A DNA stretch of 64,000 nucleotides from Podarcis melisellensis (lineage: Eukaryota), in assembly GCA_964234715.1 (NCBI GenBank), contig OZ174278.1; one strand, given 5' to 3'. The position numbers and the translations under genes were made by a program. Below are positions 1 to 11,479 of this stretch, one piece after another (within the stretch, counting starts at the first letter, position 1; the number at the start of each line of letters is the position of its first letter). The notes below the pieces were generated by a model. That model saw only the letters and a list, made by a program, of their open reading frames with translations, did not search any database and was not told the DNA's origin.

Positions 1-788
1 ATAATGGTATCATAAAAAAATTAAGCTTATCGGTTGCTTTTTTAATAGAAGATATTCTCAAAGTGACTTACAGTAAGAACGTAAAACGTCAAGCACAAAT
101 TAATTGGCAAAGGTACAAAAACTAGATCTAAATCAATAAAGCAATTAAAGCAATATCATCTAGCATGGCAGCAAGCCCATCAGCCAGTAGGGAATGCTTG
201 CATTAAGTTCTTCAGGATATGAGTCACTTTTAAGTATGATCCATTATGGGCAGTTCTGAGAGGTATATCTGCACTGCCGTTTTGTGTAGTGAGAATTACG
301 TTGGCCTCATGTGAGTCTCATTGACCCATGAGAGCCACAATATTCCAGTGTTCCAGTATTCCAGTGGGACATCCATATGGAGTATTGGTTGTCACAATCG
401 TGAAGACTGATTCTCCATGTAAATGCCCAGTATGATCACCGATTGGAAGACATGGTGCTTTCATGAGTATTCTCAGTGCTAGATTCCTGAAAAAAAAACA
501 TGCTTCACTTTCTGACATGTCAAGATGGCAGTATAAGACTTTCAGTCATTTTTGAGCCATGAATGATCCTAGAACCACATCTTTTCCCTTGTTGGAATTC
601 TGCTTAAAGAAAAAAAAAAAGAAATCAGGGTGAAAAATCATAGCTAAGCCGAAATACATGAAACTAATTAACCTCAGAATTTAAAAAATAAAACAAAAAC
701 CCAGTAATTTAAAGCAGGAATTCATACACGGAATTCTCCTTAAACAAAAGAAAAAACAAATTCTACATAATGCCTAAAAAATCACCGT

Positions 789-905
789 ATGCTGAGTCAG
801 ACCAATGGTCCAATTAGCCCATTACTGTCTATACTGGCAGTCGGTCTCAAAGATGTCTTCCTCAGAGATACCAGGAATTGGACCTGGAATCCTTTGTATA
901 CAATA
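789..905 (-). mobile_element. Degraded tRNA-derived SINE with CR1-like tail
   Basis: Resembles the reverse complement of the copies at 6018 and 8563. Confidence 0.4.
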
Positions 906-934
906 TCTGGAATGTCTTCAATTATTCTAAATTA

Positions 935-1193
935 CCGTATTTTTCACTCTATAAGTCGCACCAGACCACAAGAGGCACCTAGTTTTTGGAGGAGGAAAAC
1001 AAGGAAAAAAATATTCTGAATCTCAGAAGCCAGAACAGCAAGAGGGATCACTGCGCAGTGAAAGCAGCAATCCCTCTTGCTGTACTGGCTTCTGGGATAG
1101 CTGCACAGCCTGTATTCGCTCCATAAGACGCACACACATTTTCCCTTACTTTTTAGGAGGGAAAAAGTGAGTCTTATAGAGCAAAAAATACGG
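935..1193. mobile_element. Tc1/mariner superfamily (Tc2/pogo-type) MITE
   Basis: TIRs CCGTATTTTT...AAAAATACGG flanked by TA on both sides; internal hairpin. Confidence 0.85.
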
Positions 1194-1320
1194 TACTTTT
1201 CTGATAAGTTATCTTCATGTCAATATTCATTTATTTAAAATCATTTAGATTCCACTTTTCCTCCATAAGGGGGTCAGAACGATCTTTGTTTAAAAATAGT
1301 CACGCAATGTGAACAAAGTA

Positions 1321-1607
1321 CAATCGTACCTTGGAAGTCAAACGGAATTCGTTCCGGAAGTCTGTTCAACTTCCAAAATGTTCGAAAACCAAATCGCGGC
1401 TTCTGATTGGTTGCCGGAAACTCTTGCAGCCAATCAGAAGCCGCGGAAACCCTGTTGGGTGAACTATTTTCGGAAGCCCAACGTAACCCTGTTGGACGTT
1501 TGGCTTCAGAAAATAGTTCACAAACAGGAACAGTCATTTCCGGGTTTATGACACGCAGAAGCCAAATTGTTCGGGAACTAAGCTGTTCGAAAACCAAGGT
1601 ACGACTG
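1321..1607. mobile_element. Tigger/pogo-like MITE, family A
   Basis: TIRs CAaTCGTACCTTGG...CCAAGGTACGACTG with TA TSD; internal palindrome gcttctgattgg...ccaatcagaagc; related copy at 46301. Confidence 0.85.
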
Positions 1608-1785
1608 TAAAGCAAACACTAAAACTCATCAGCACCCAGAATATCTAGGAGGGCTCAAAAGTCTGATTAAAAAGGAATGCAAGTGGTGAGGGAGCCATAT
1701 GAAGAGTGGTGTGTGTGTGTGTGTGTGTGTGTTGAAACTACATAGACACATCTGGAGTCATTATGCTTTTAAGCACTAAGATATA

Positions 1786-2027
1786 CAGTGGTACCTCAGG
1801 TTACAGACGCTTCAGGTTACAGATGCTTCAGGTTACAGACTCCACTAACCCAGAAATACTACCTCAGGTTAAGAACTTTGCTTCAGGATGAGAACAGAAA
1901 TCATGCAGCAGCGGCACGGCAGCAGCGCGAGGCCCCATTAGCTAAAGTGATACCTCAGGTTAAGAATGGTTTCAGGTTAAGAACGAACCTCCAGAACGTA
2001 TTAAGTTCTTAACCCAAGGTACCACTG
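1786..2027 (+). mobile_element. Tigger/pogo-like MITE, family B
   Basis: TIRs CAGTGGTACCT...AGGTACCACTG, TA TSD, internal CAGGTTA repeats; four copies in the window. Confidence 0.9.
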
Positions 2028-2152
2028 TACTTTCTTTAACAACGTTATGAGTAATATACAAAGTTTGCCATACTCAGAATCGACCCAAGCATCAGTAGAC
2101 TTAATCAACATAAATTCTGTAATTTCAATGGTTCTACTCTGGATATGTCTTA

Positions 2153-2278
2153 GTTGTTGTTGTTGTTTAGACGTTTAGTCGTGTCCAACTCTTCGTGACC
2201 CCATGGACCAGAGCACGCCAGGCATTCCTGTCTTCCACTGCCTCCCACAGTTTGGTCACACTCATGCTGGTAGCTTCG
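2153..2278 (-). mobile_element. Bov-B LINE 3' end fragment
   Basis: Reverse complement of ...gtccatggggtcacgaagagttggacacgactaaac with a (CAA)n tail. Confidence 0.85.
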
Positions 2279-3497
2279 TATTCCACCACATAAAATTACT
2301 AATCTAAGGAAATTGTATCAAATACAGTATATTGGCACAGTCATATTAACTTTATTCTGAAATTACCGTAGACTTAGCATTTTCTAAATATTCGGGCCAT
2401 TCATTGTAAAACAATTAGTTCATTTTATAGCTCTATAACATCTACTTTTACTTTATTCTATCTAAAATCCAATAAATTACATGTTTCTGGCTTCTGGTAT
2501 CGAATGCACTTCTTTTTAGGTTTTTCTCCTCACTACTGTTCCTGATCAGCAGTTCAGGGGAGGAGAAGTAAGAAGGGGGGGAAAGCTCTCATTTTGAAAC
2601 ATATGGGCAGTCTCTTTTATACTAAACTCCCTCTCCACTTCCCTGGGAGTTGAAGGAGACCTTCAGGTGTTGTAAATGTAATTTACCTTTCCACTGCCTG
2701 AAGCGATGGAAAGACACCTTACTATAAATAGAATCCGGGCCAGCTCCTTTCAATGCCTCTGCAGTACTATTGCTTAAATAGTTATTCTTATGAGATTCAT
2801 TTGAATCAAGCAAAAGTGACTATATTATAATATAAATTGCTAACTATGTGAGAGATATACTTGATTTCTCTCTCTTTCCCTCCAACACACACAGTCACAC
2901 ACAAATATACAAAGATCTTACACTCGCAGGAAACTTCAAAGACACTAATACCAACTTCATATGATCTGAGCACCATAATACTTAAGAGGACGAAAGAATG
3001 CAGACCATAATCCTAAATGTGTATATTCCTAACCGGTATAAGAAGTAGTCCTTCCATGTATAAATCCCACATACTGTGCATTTATCTTTTCTAGTTTTCT
3101 TTTTACTGGCCCTTCTCTTGTAAAATTTAGCAGGTGATATATTTAATGAAGCATGGACACAGAAAAAGGTTCATTAATGGTTTCACCAGCTAAATTCTTG
3201 TGAATTCATTTCTGTGTTGTTAAAGCCACATGTAGCCCTTCAGATTTTTGCTGCGAACATCAGTATCCATTGACCTAGTTGGCCTGAACTGATGGGAATT
3301 GTGGTTCATCAAAACTAGGAGGAAAACAGGTTCCCAATCCCTATAATTAAAGAAAAGATTGTAACCTTCATCATTTTGCCATTTGATTCTACTCACTCCT
3401 GATTTCTTGTCTGCCCCCACTACAGTAGTTATTCTGGTAACAGAACACTTAATACTCAAGAGTTATTTTACACTTGAAATTTAAGGAGAGTAGCATG

Positions 3498-4120
3498 CAC
3501 ACCCGCCAACATTTCCCCAATGAAAATAGGGATGTCGTATTCAATAAAAACAATTTTACTATTTATAGCCTTCCTATCTGACTGGGTTGCCCCAGCCACT
3601 CTGGGCACCTAAATTTGTTAACAGGGCACCTTAGGGACATCCTAAGAAAAAGAGAGACCATAAAGAAGGCTGATCACTGAAGAATTGATGCTTTTGAATT
3701 ATGGTGCTGGAGGAGACTCTTGAGAGTCCCACAGACTGCTAGAAGTTCAAACCTATCAATTCTTAAGGAAAGCAGCCCCAATTGCTCACTGGAAGGACAG
3801 ATCCTGAAACTGATCCTCCAAGACTTTGGCAAGAGAAGACTCCTTGGAAAAGACCCTGATGTTGGGAAAGATTGAGGGCACAGGAAGGGGACAACAGAGG
3901 ATGAAGTGGTTGGACAGTGTTCTCGAAGCTACAAATATGAGGCAGTGGAAGACAGGAGTGCCAGGCGGGCTCTGGGTCATGGGGTCATGAAGAGTCAGAC
4001 ACGACTAAATGACTAAACAACAACAAGAAAAAGAGGGACATTCTGGGATCAAATCAGAAACTGGGACAGGGTCTGTAAATACGGGGCTGTCCCTGGAAAA
4101 GGGGACACTTGGAGGATCTG
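3498..4120 (+). mobile_element. Compound hAT-like MITE (CATACCCTCCAAC family), copy 1, interrupted by Bov-B
   Basis: Termini CAcACCCgCCAAC...TTGGAGGaTCTG; partial antisense L2 tail inside; agcatg on both flanks. Confidence 0.75.
3655..4024 (+). mobile_element. Bov-B LINE 5'-truncated copy
   Basis: gaattgatgcttttgaattatggtgctggaggagactcttgagagtccc...gactaaacaacaac; 11-bp TSD aagaaaaagag (3644-3654, 4025-4035). Confidence 0.9.
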
Positions 4121-5328
4121 AGCATGTAATGGAAGCCAGCTATGGGGAATCTGTGGTCCTACCAATACTGGTAAACTACATTCCACATAAACTCCAATGA
4201 TACCTGATCATTGGCATTGCTGGCCAGATGGGAACTGGGCCATAGACTCTGAATTACAAAAATGGAAGCATTTTTCTCTTCTCTATCTTCTTCAACTCTT
4301 TCCTAGTTAATCATATTGTCAAATGTTTTCTGGAAGTTATTCAAACACATAAATCACAGGGTGAATTCACACAACCAGCTTTTCCTGACCCAACAGAATG
4401 TGACCCTTTTGCAGTTACTTTGTGGAGGAGTTTTAGATCCCAGACTTCTGAATGGTTCAATACACCTGTTACAAATACCCCCCCCCCCAATAATTCAGAT
4501 TTGTGTTGGCAAACCATAGGAACACATATTGCATCACTCATAGGACAAGAAAGCATGCTGTCTTTAACAAGAAGACAACCATGAAAAGCTACATTGCAGA
4601 GAGGAAATTAGTATTATGCTTCCATGCCAACTGGCCTGCCATCTGCCAGCTAGCCTAGTCTCCTGCAATCTCCCCCGGAATCTTTTCAATAAGAAGCAAA
4701 ATGTTTTCAGATAAATTCCAGCTTCAATAAAAGTTACAATTTAATAAGTTGACACTCCCTCAGCCAAATGAACAATGCACATCAGTCTTCTTTCTCATTA
4801 AAGAATTATTTGCCTTCCTCGACACCTTTCATAAGCATCACAAAACACTATATTTGGATCTGATCCAGAGCATTTAACTAGAAGAAAGAGACTCGGGTAT
4901 AAATAGATAATTCCCACCTAATTATTTCCCCTGGGAGGGTGGGGGAAGAAGTGATGGTAACAGCACGGATGAACCCAGGTCTAAGTGGTTTCTCCCACAC
5001 TGCTACAGTACAACAGGAAAGCATGCCCTAATTGGTCACAAATAGGTGGGCATAAGTACTTAATTAGTGGCAAGATCCTGGTGGGACGATCAGCATTATT
5101 ACAATAGTCAGACCACGCCACAGCCAACTGCATTCTGTGTACAAGTGGTATGAGCCTCATGTTAAAATGTACAAGTTCTAAACTTTTGAGACAAATACAT
5201 CTCACCAGTTGTACTTTGTGGCCTGCCAAGTACTGGATGAGTCTCTGTTATCACTGCTAGATAAGAGGGAAAACAACAGGTTTATTGAGCCCCTCTTGGG
5301 TACATAGCTGACTATGGTTCATCAGATG

Positions 5329-5743
5329 CATACCCTCCAACATTTCTCCGATGAAAATAACAGACACCCCATTCCATAATTATAATTTTACTATTTATAC
5401 CCCACACATCTTACTGGGTTGCCCCAGCCACTCTGGGCAGCTTCCAACATATATAAAAACATAATAAAACATTAAACATTTTTTTAAAAAAAACAACCAA
5501 CCAACAACAACAAACTTCCCTATACAGGATTGCCTTCAGACGGCTTGGGGGTTGAATAACTCCATACCCTCCAACATTTTTACAATGAAAATAGGGACAT
5601 TTTACCATACCCTCCAACATTTCTCCATCAAAAATAGGGGCATCCAAAGGAGAATTGTGACATTTTGGGATCAAATCAGAAACCGGGACGGCTTCTCTAA
5701 ATCAGGGACGTTCCTGGAAAATAGAGACACTTGGAAGGGTGTG
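5329..5743 (+). mobile_element. Compound hAT-like MITE, copy 2
   Basis: Three copies of the left terminus CATACCCTCCAACATTT, an antisense L2 tail, right terminus GACACTTGGAAGGGTGTG. Confidence 0.8.
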
Positions 5744-6017
5744 TAAATGTGGTGCAAGCTTGGTTTGGCAATATTTACTGTATTACTCCTGGCAGGAAGG
5801 TTCATCACATGATAGCCAGGAGGGGGCATTGCATGATGCACAGTGATAAATGTGACAGAAACGACATGGCAGACCCACTAGGGCAATGCTGATCCCTATA
5901 CTATTCAGAGGCATACCCTAATACCCACTTATAGCCTAATCCTCGGAGAATTTGTCTATGCTCCTCATCATACTACATAAATCCCAGTAATGTCGTTGTG
6001 AACCACCTACAACTCAG

Positions 6018-6150
6018 AGGGAGCCATAGCTCAGTGCGAAACCACATTCTTTACTTGCAGAAGCTCCCAGCTTCACTATTTGGTACATCCAGCTAAAAGA
6101 ATCACTGAGTTATAGGCCCAATCATTTGACTCAGTATAAGTCAGTTTCAT
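6018..6150 (+). mobile_element. Degraded tRNA-derived SINE
   Basis: gggagccatagctcagtg head (A box); tail tgactcagtataag. Confidence 0.45.
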
Positions 6151-6196
6151 AGGGTCACATACTCAGATAAAATCCACAGATCTCTTACAGTTTAAG

Positions 6197-6324
6197 CAGG
6201 GATAGCAAACCTGTGGCCCTCCCTGTGTTGGTGGACTACTGTAATCTCTAACCATTAATCACGCTGGCCGGCACTGATGGGAATCAGAGTGCAATATCTG
6301 GAGAGCCACCGGTTCCTATTCCTA
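6197..6324. mobile_element. Old hAT-Charlie-like palindromic MITE
   Basis: cagggatagcaaacctgtggccctcc...ggagagccaccggttcctattcc; similar remnants at about 3220-3342, 4140-4240 and 9211-9333. Confidence 0.55.
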
Positions 6325-8562
6325 GTTTAAATCCTTTAAGTCCATTACGTTAGATTAAAGCCCATCGACTTCTATGGCACTCAAGTAAATATGCTTACGA
6401 TTGCGGCAGACACCACAGAGGCGCTCCTCAAGTTAGCTTCCAACCTTTAAGAGCAGAAGAAATTTCCATAATTTAAGAGCAAAAGAAATCAATTAGCAGA
6501 GATCCAGCCGTGTTTCAGCGGCAAGTCTTTTCTTACGCAGAAACATACGTCCAATAATCCTTCCTCATGTGCTCATCTTAAAGCAAAGCGAAGAATGAAA
6601 ACAGGGAGAAGGCTTGCCTTCATCAACGACTGGATTCCCACATTCACGTTTGACGTGGTTGAAACCACTGCCGTTGTTTTTCACCTTGTCAGTTTCACAT
6701 GGCGACTATTTCTCATGAATGCACCCCCACGTGGTGGCAGCTAGCAGTTACCACATCACTTTGCAAGCTTTCCCCCTGATTTAGTAAATACCAGCTGTCA
6801 CCATACCAGAGCACATTTCTAAGGATTATTTCACCATGGGAAAACTGACAAGGTAAAATTTCCTTGTGATTGTCACCTCAAAAGGCGAACATGCTGAGCA
6901 GCCCTATGCGTTTTCACAATCAAGCGTCCCCATTTCTCTCTATTCCCACTCCCCTTATAGATCCACATACCTCAGCCCCCAGACTCCTGAAAAGGGAAAC
7001 ACATAGGTAGATAGAACACTCATTTTTACAAGCTCAACATCCTTTGTCAATAATGCATGGCTTGGAAAAATTGAGTAGAAAAAAAGGAAGGAACCCCAAA
7101 TATGAACGGTTGAACAAAATCAAAGCCACACCAAAAAGTTTTCAAAATTCTTTTAAAAACCAATGATTGTATAATGAATGTTCAGTTGCGCTCTGTTTAT
7201 CAGTTGCTCAGCTGTTTATCTCGCAATATAACTAGGACTTTTGACTAATTAATCAGAAGCTATTTGATTAAATCACCTGCCTTTTTAACTACTTAATTGG
7301 TTACATTTAAATATATTTGCATAGTACCAAAATATCAACACAAGTGGTTTTTTGAGCTGCTGAAGAAAGTAGAAGGTAACTTGCCATTTAATTAACAAAC
7401 ACTATCCCTGAAAGGACATCTTTAATATGTTCATTTTCACTCACTATTACATTAACCACCAAACTAGCTTAAAAATAATAATAATAGTAAGACAAGGCAT
7501 GTCCTTAACTCTCGCCTGCACTAATTAAAATTTGCCTTCACCGATTAAAATTGGCTGCCAACACTGAGTCAATTTAAACCCTAGTTCATTCCTCATCCGA
7601 TTAGTGGAATATTTAAGACTACAGGACAGTGTTTGTCTCAATCTGTATCTCTATGTATATTCATCATTTTCTTTCTGTATATTTATCAACATACACACAT
7701 ATATAAATGAGAAATTATTCTCTTTAATAGCTCAATATATGATACATAATTTCTCTTTCACAGCAGAAATAGCTATCAAGTTTGTGTCTCAATTGAGTTT
7801 CTCCATCATTTTGTTTAATTTGGAAATTAAACATTTCACTCACTGAAACACCCTATTACCCTCTGCATTTCTGACCGAGGTCTCAAACAGCCCTGCTTAC
7901 ACAACACTTGAATATCTTCATTTGGACCTAGGTGTCTTTAAATCTTGTTCATCCAATGGGTAACCTTTAATTCACCTCAGCACCTAAATCTCAAGTAAAG
8001 CACCACTTATCTACTTTGTTCTGAAGATAAATTGTTTAGGAAATGTTGTAGATTGGCGGTAGGAACCTAAGAGATTAGTTTCTAAATTTGCCTGTTTTCC
8101 TCTTCCTCTTCCCCTTTTTACCTTTGGTGTCATGCCTTTCAGAATGTAAAACTCTGGGCAGGGACTTTTTTTATCTTGTGTAAGCCATTCTAGAGACCTT
8201 CTTGGTTAAAGGGTAAAAATGACTCATAGGATTAATAAATAAATATCCGATACCACAAGGGCACTTCATGTTACAGTTCTGACCAATGAGAATTTTTCCC
8301 TTTGGCATCTTTTCTCTTGGAAAAGTCTTCTGCATATTCACTGGGTTTGTGCAAAAAGAATCCTCACACTCTTGTGGACCTTCAGTCCTTCCCTTCCTCC
8401 ATTTAGCCAGAAGTTCCCAAGCCATGTATGTTGTAGGAAAATGGTGTCTTGCCTGCCTATCCCCTCTCATCACGACAGTATATACTCTACTGTAAATAGT
8501 GTTTTTCAGCATGGATCTACGGCAAATGAGAATGCAGGAATAATGAAGATAAGGTCAGTGGA

Positions 8563-8710
8563 GGAGAGTCATAGTTCAGTGGTAGAGCATCTGCTTGGCA
8601 GGTTCAAACCCATAATTTCCAGGTAAGGCTAGGAGTGATTCCAGCCTGAAACCTAGACAAAACTGAACTTGACAGGCTGATTTAGTACAATGCAGCTCCC
8701 CATGTTCTAT
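8563..8710 (+). mobile_element. Degraded tRNA-derived SINE with CR1-like tail
   Basis: A box tagttcagtggtagagca, B box ggttcaaacc, tail cccatgttct. Confidence 0.55.
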
Positions 8711-8764
8711 AAAAAGAGTCCATTGCTTATGCAGGATTATTTATCATTTCCTATGCAATTATAA

Positions 8765-9127
8765 GGGACACAGGTGGCGCTGTGGGTTAAAGCCTCAGCA
8801 CCTAGGACTTGCTGATCGAAAGGTCGGCGGTTCGAATCCCTGCTGCGGGGTGCGCTCCCGCTGCTCGGTCCCAGCGCCTGCCAACCTAGCAGTTCGAAAG
8901 CACCTCCGGGTGCAAGTAGATAAATAGGGACCGCTTACCAGCGGGAAGGTAAACGGCGTTTCCGTGTGCAGCTCTGGCTCGCCAGAGCAGCGATGTCACA
9001 CTGGCCATGTGACCCGGAAGTGTCTCCGGACAGCGCTGGCCCCTGGCCTCTTAAGTGAGATGGGCGCACAACCCCAGAGTCTGTCAAGACTGGCCCGTAC
9101 GGGCAGGGGTACCTTTACCTTTACCTT
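8765..9127 (+). mobile_element. Sauria SINE (Squam1), full length
   Basis: Head GGGACACAGGTGGCGCTGTGGG, B box GGTTCGAATCC, (ACCTTT)3 tail, 12-bp TSD tatgcaattata (8752-8763, 9128-9139). Confidence 0.92.
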
Positions 9128-9825
9128 TATGCAATTATATATTTTTTCACATGTGGAAACAACCCATCACAGCATATTAAAGTACACAATTTAGCATATT
9201 AAATTTAAGGCAGTTGTAGGGAAGCTGTGGTCCTCTAAGCTTCATTGGACTCCAACACCCATTAGCCCCAGCCAATAATTATGGGAACTGTAGCCTAACA
9301 ATGCTTCAAGTGTCACAGGCTCGCCCATCCCTAACTTAAGGAAGGAGCTTTCTGACATCGTTCATTGCCAAGTTATCCAGAGACATTCTCAAATTAATTG
9401 GTCATCAGTCATGGTGAGGCAGGGAAATTCCATTGTGACGCTGCCACCACGTCACATGGCGTGTCCCCGTCCTCCTTCCCCAAATTCAATATTCTAATAC
9501 ACAGAGGAGGAAATGGGAACACACCCAGTGACCACATCACACTGTGCATTCAGCAGAAAATATGAATGGGCTGTTTAGATGCATGAGTCTAGGCTCAATT
9601 CTGTGTGGGGTTCCCAAGCACATGGAAGGCCCTCCTTCCATATAGCTGTACGTCAATAAAGCCCCCTTCAAACTTCCACTGAATGTGTATAGACACGCTA
9701 GAGGTTGGAGACAGCAGGCATACACCCAGAAGGAAAAGTATCAACAGGGCTAGAGTGCAATATGGAATCCAGTCACCAGAGAAAGTGTAACATGTAGCCC
9801 CATTCTTTTGGGGGGTTCCCTAGAC

Positions 9826-9961
9826 CAGTGTTTCCCAACCTTGTGCCTCCAGATGTTTTTGGCCTACAACTCCCATCATCCCTGACAAGCAAGACCAGTG
9901 GCAAGGGATGATGGGAATTGTAGGCCAAAAACAGCTGGAGGCACAAGGTTGGGAAACACTG
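9826..9961. mobile_element. hAT-Charlie-type palindromic MITE
   Basis: Near-perfect 136-bp fold-back CAGTGTTTCCCAACC...GGTTGGGAAACACTG with a perfect 8-bp TSD ccctagac. Confidence 0.92.
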
Positions 9962-11479
9962 CCCTAGACTCAGAGTACATAGCTAGTCATAAAAGGCCTA
10001 GGGCCATATTTCATTATATGCTGCCTCTCTAAATCCTGAGAATGGGTGCCCCCAGTCACACATTCTTGATTTTCGGTTAAAAACCTAAAAATTGGTTGAT
10101 GAGCCGTTTACATGGCGACAATCACATCCCATGTGAACTTTCTTCCTACTGACGTCTGGTGCTCTTAGGAAATCATAATACTCACTGACTCATGGTGAAT
10201 CATTGAGCCCTCATGTGATGGGACCAAGCTATAAATATGACAATTACAATTGCTATTGGGTTTTTTTGTTTTTGTTTCCTGGTAGGTCTCCTTTGCTGCT
10301 AACAGCTACATGATAGGCAGCTACAAAGCAAGATGCAGTTCCCGAATTGGGAATAGCTAGCTAGAAATCAAGGATGCAGGAATCCTGCCAAAAACAGAAA
10401 AAGCAGCAGTCTTAGCAATGACTGAAGTATTCACATCATATCTAAATCCGCTCATGCCTTCTTCTAATCAGGATATGAATGCATGCCACAAGCTTAACCA
10501 AGGAAAAAATACACCAAACAAAATCTACAGATGGAGGCGGAAAGAGGGGGAACGTCCTCATTCAAGTCAATTTGAAGGATAAATTGGCAATTATAAATAA
10601 GGTCAAACAATGCAGCACATCCAAATTCAAATGCAAACTCTGCATTTGGCATCTGACACGTCTAAAATCAATATCTGATCCTTGATACCTTATATATGAA
10701 ATTAGATATATTCTCTGTTCAAATTGATCACTACAGTCATGCAGCCAAGAGAAGGTATTCACGGGATTTTTTAGCTTGCTGAGAATTAGTGAGAAATCCA
10801 ATGTCGCAATGCAAAACACTGATGTTAGCAAATGTGTAGTTTTTAGCAAATAAACGCTTTTCCACAATCACACTCAAAATCCATATTCAGATGCATTACG
10901 TCCAAATATACACCCTCTCCCCAATAACATGGTTTATTCCTTTCTCCCTTTTGAGAAAGCTAGGATGAGGCAAGGTCTGGAAGAAATCAAAAGTACCTTG
11001 ATGAAAGCAAGATTTAAAAAATACACAACCTGAGGTCTCAAATTTTCTTTTTAAAAAAGTCATATACTTTGCACAAGTAAGAAAATCCAGATAGAAAGTT
11101 CTTTCAGGAAAATTATCCAACAAAACCATTTATCCCCTCTTTCCCAAAACAGAAACCCTGGACATGCCACAAGGTTAAGAATCCACGTGAAATATCACTT
11201 ACCCAGTTTCACACATATAAAATGAAAACTATAGAAAGGAGACAAAATTTCAAGGTGAAACTATAGCATTATACAACATAGGTCTGCAGGGTTATGTACC
11301 GTCGGCGTGATTAAGTACGGCAAGTTCAGGAAACACCTTAAAGAATGCATGAGTTTAATGCTATCACGTCCATGATATCAGTAATAAAGGGTGGGAGGAG
11401 AATGATTTTCATGCGTGAACAACAATTGGCAATGGAAATAAATCATGTAGCTTCCGGTAAAGACTATTTCATTTCCTTC

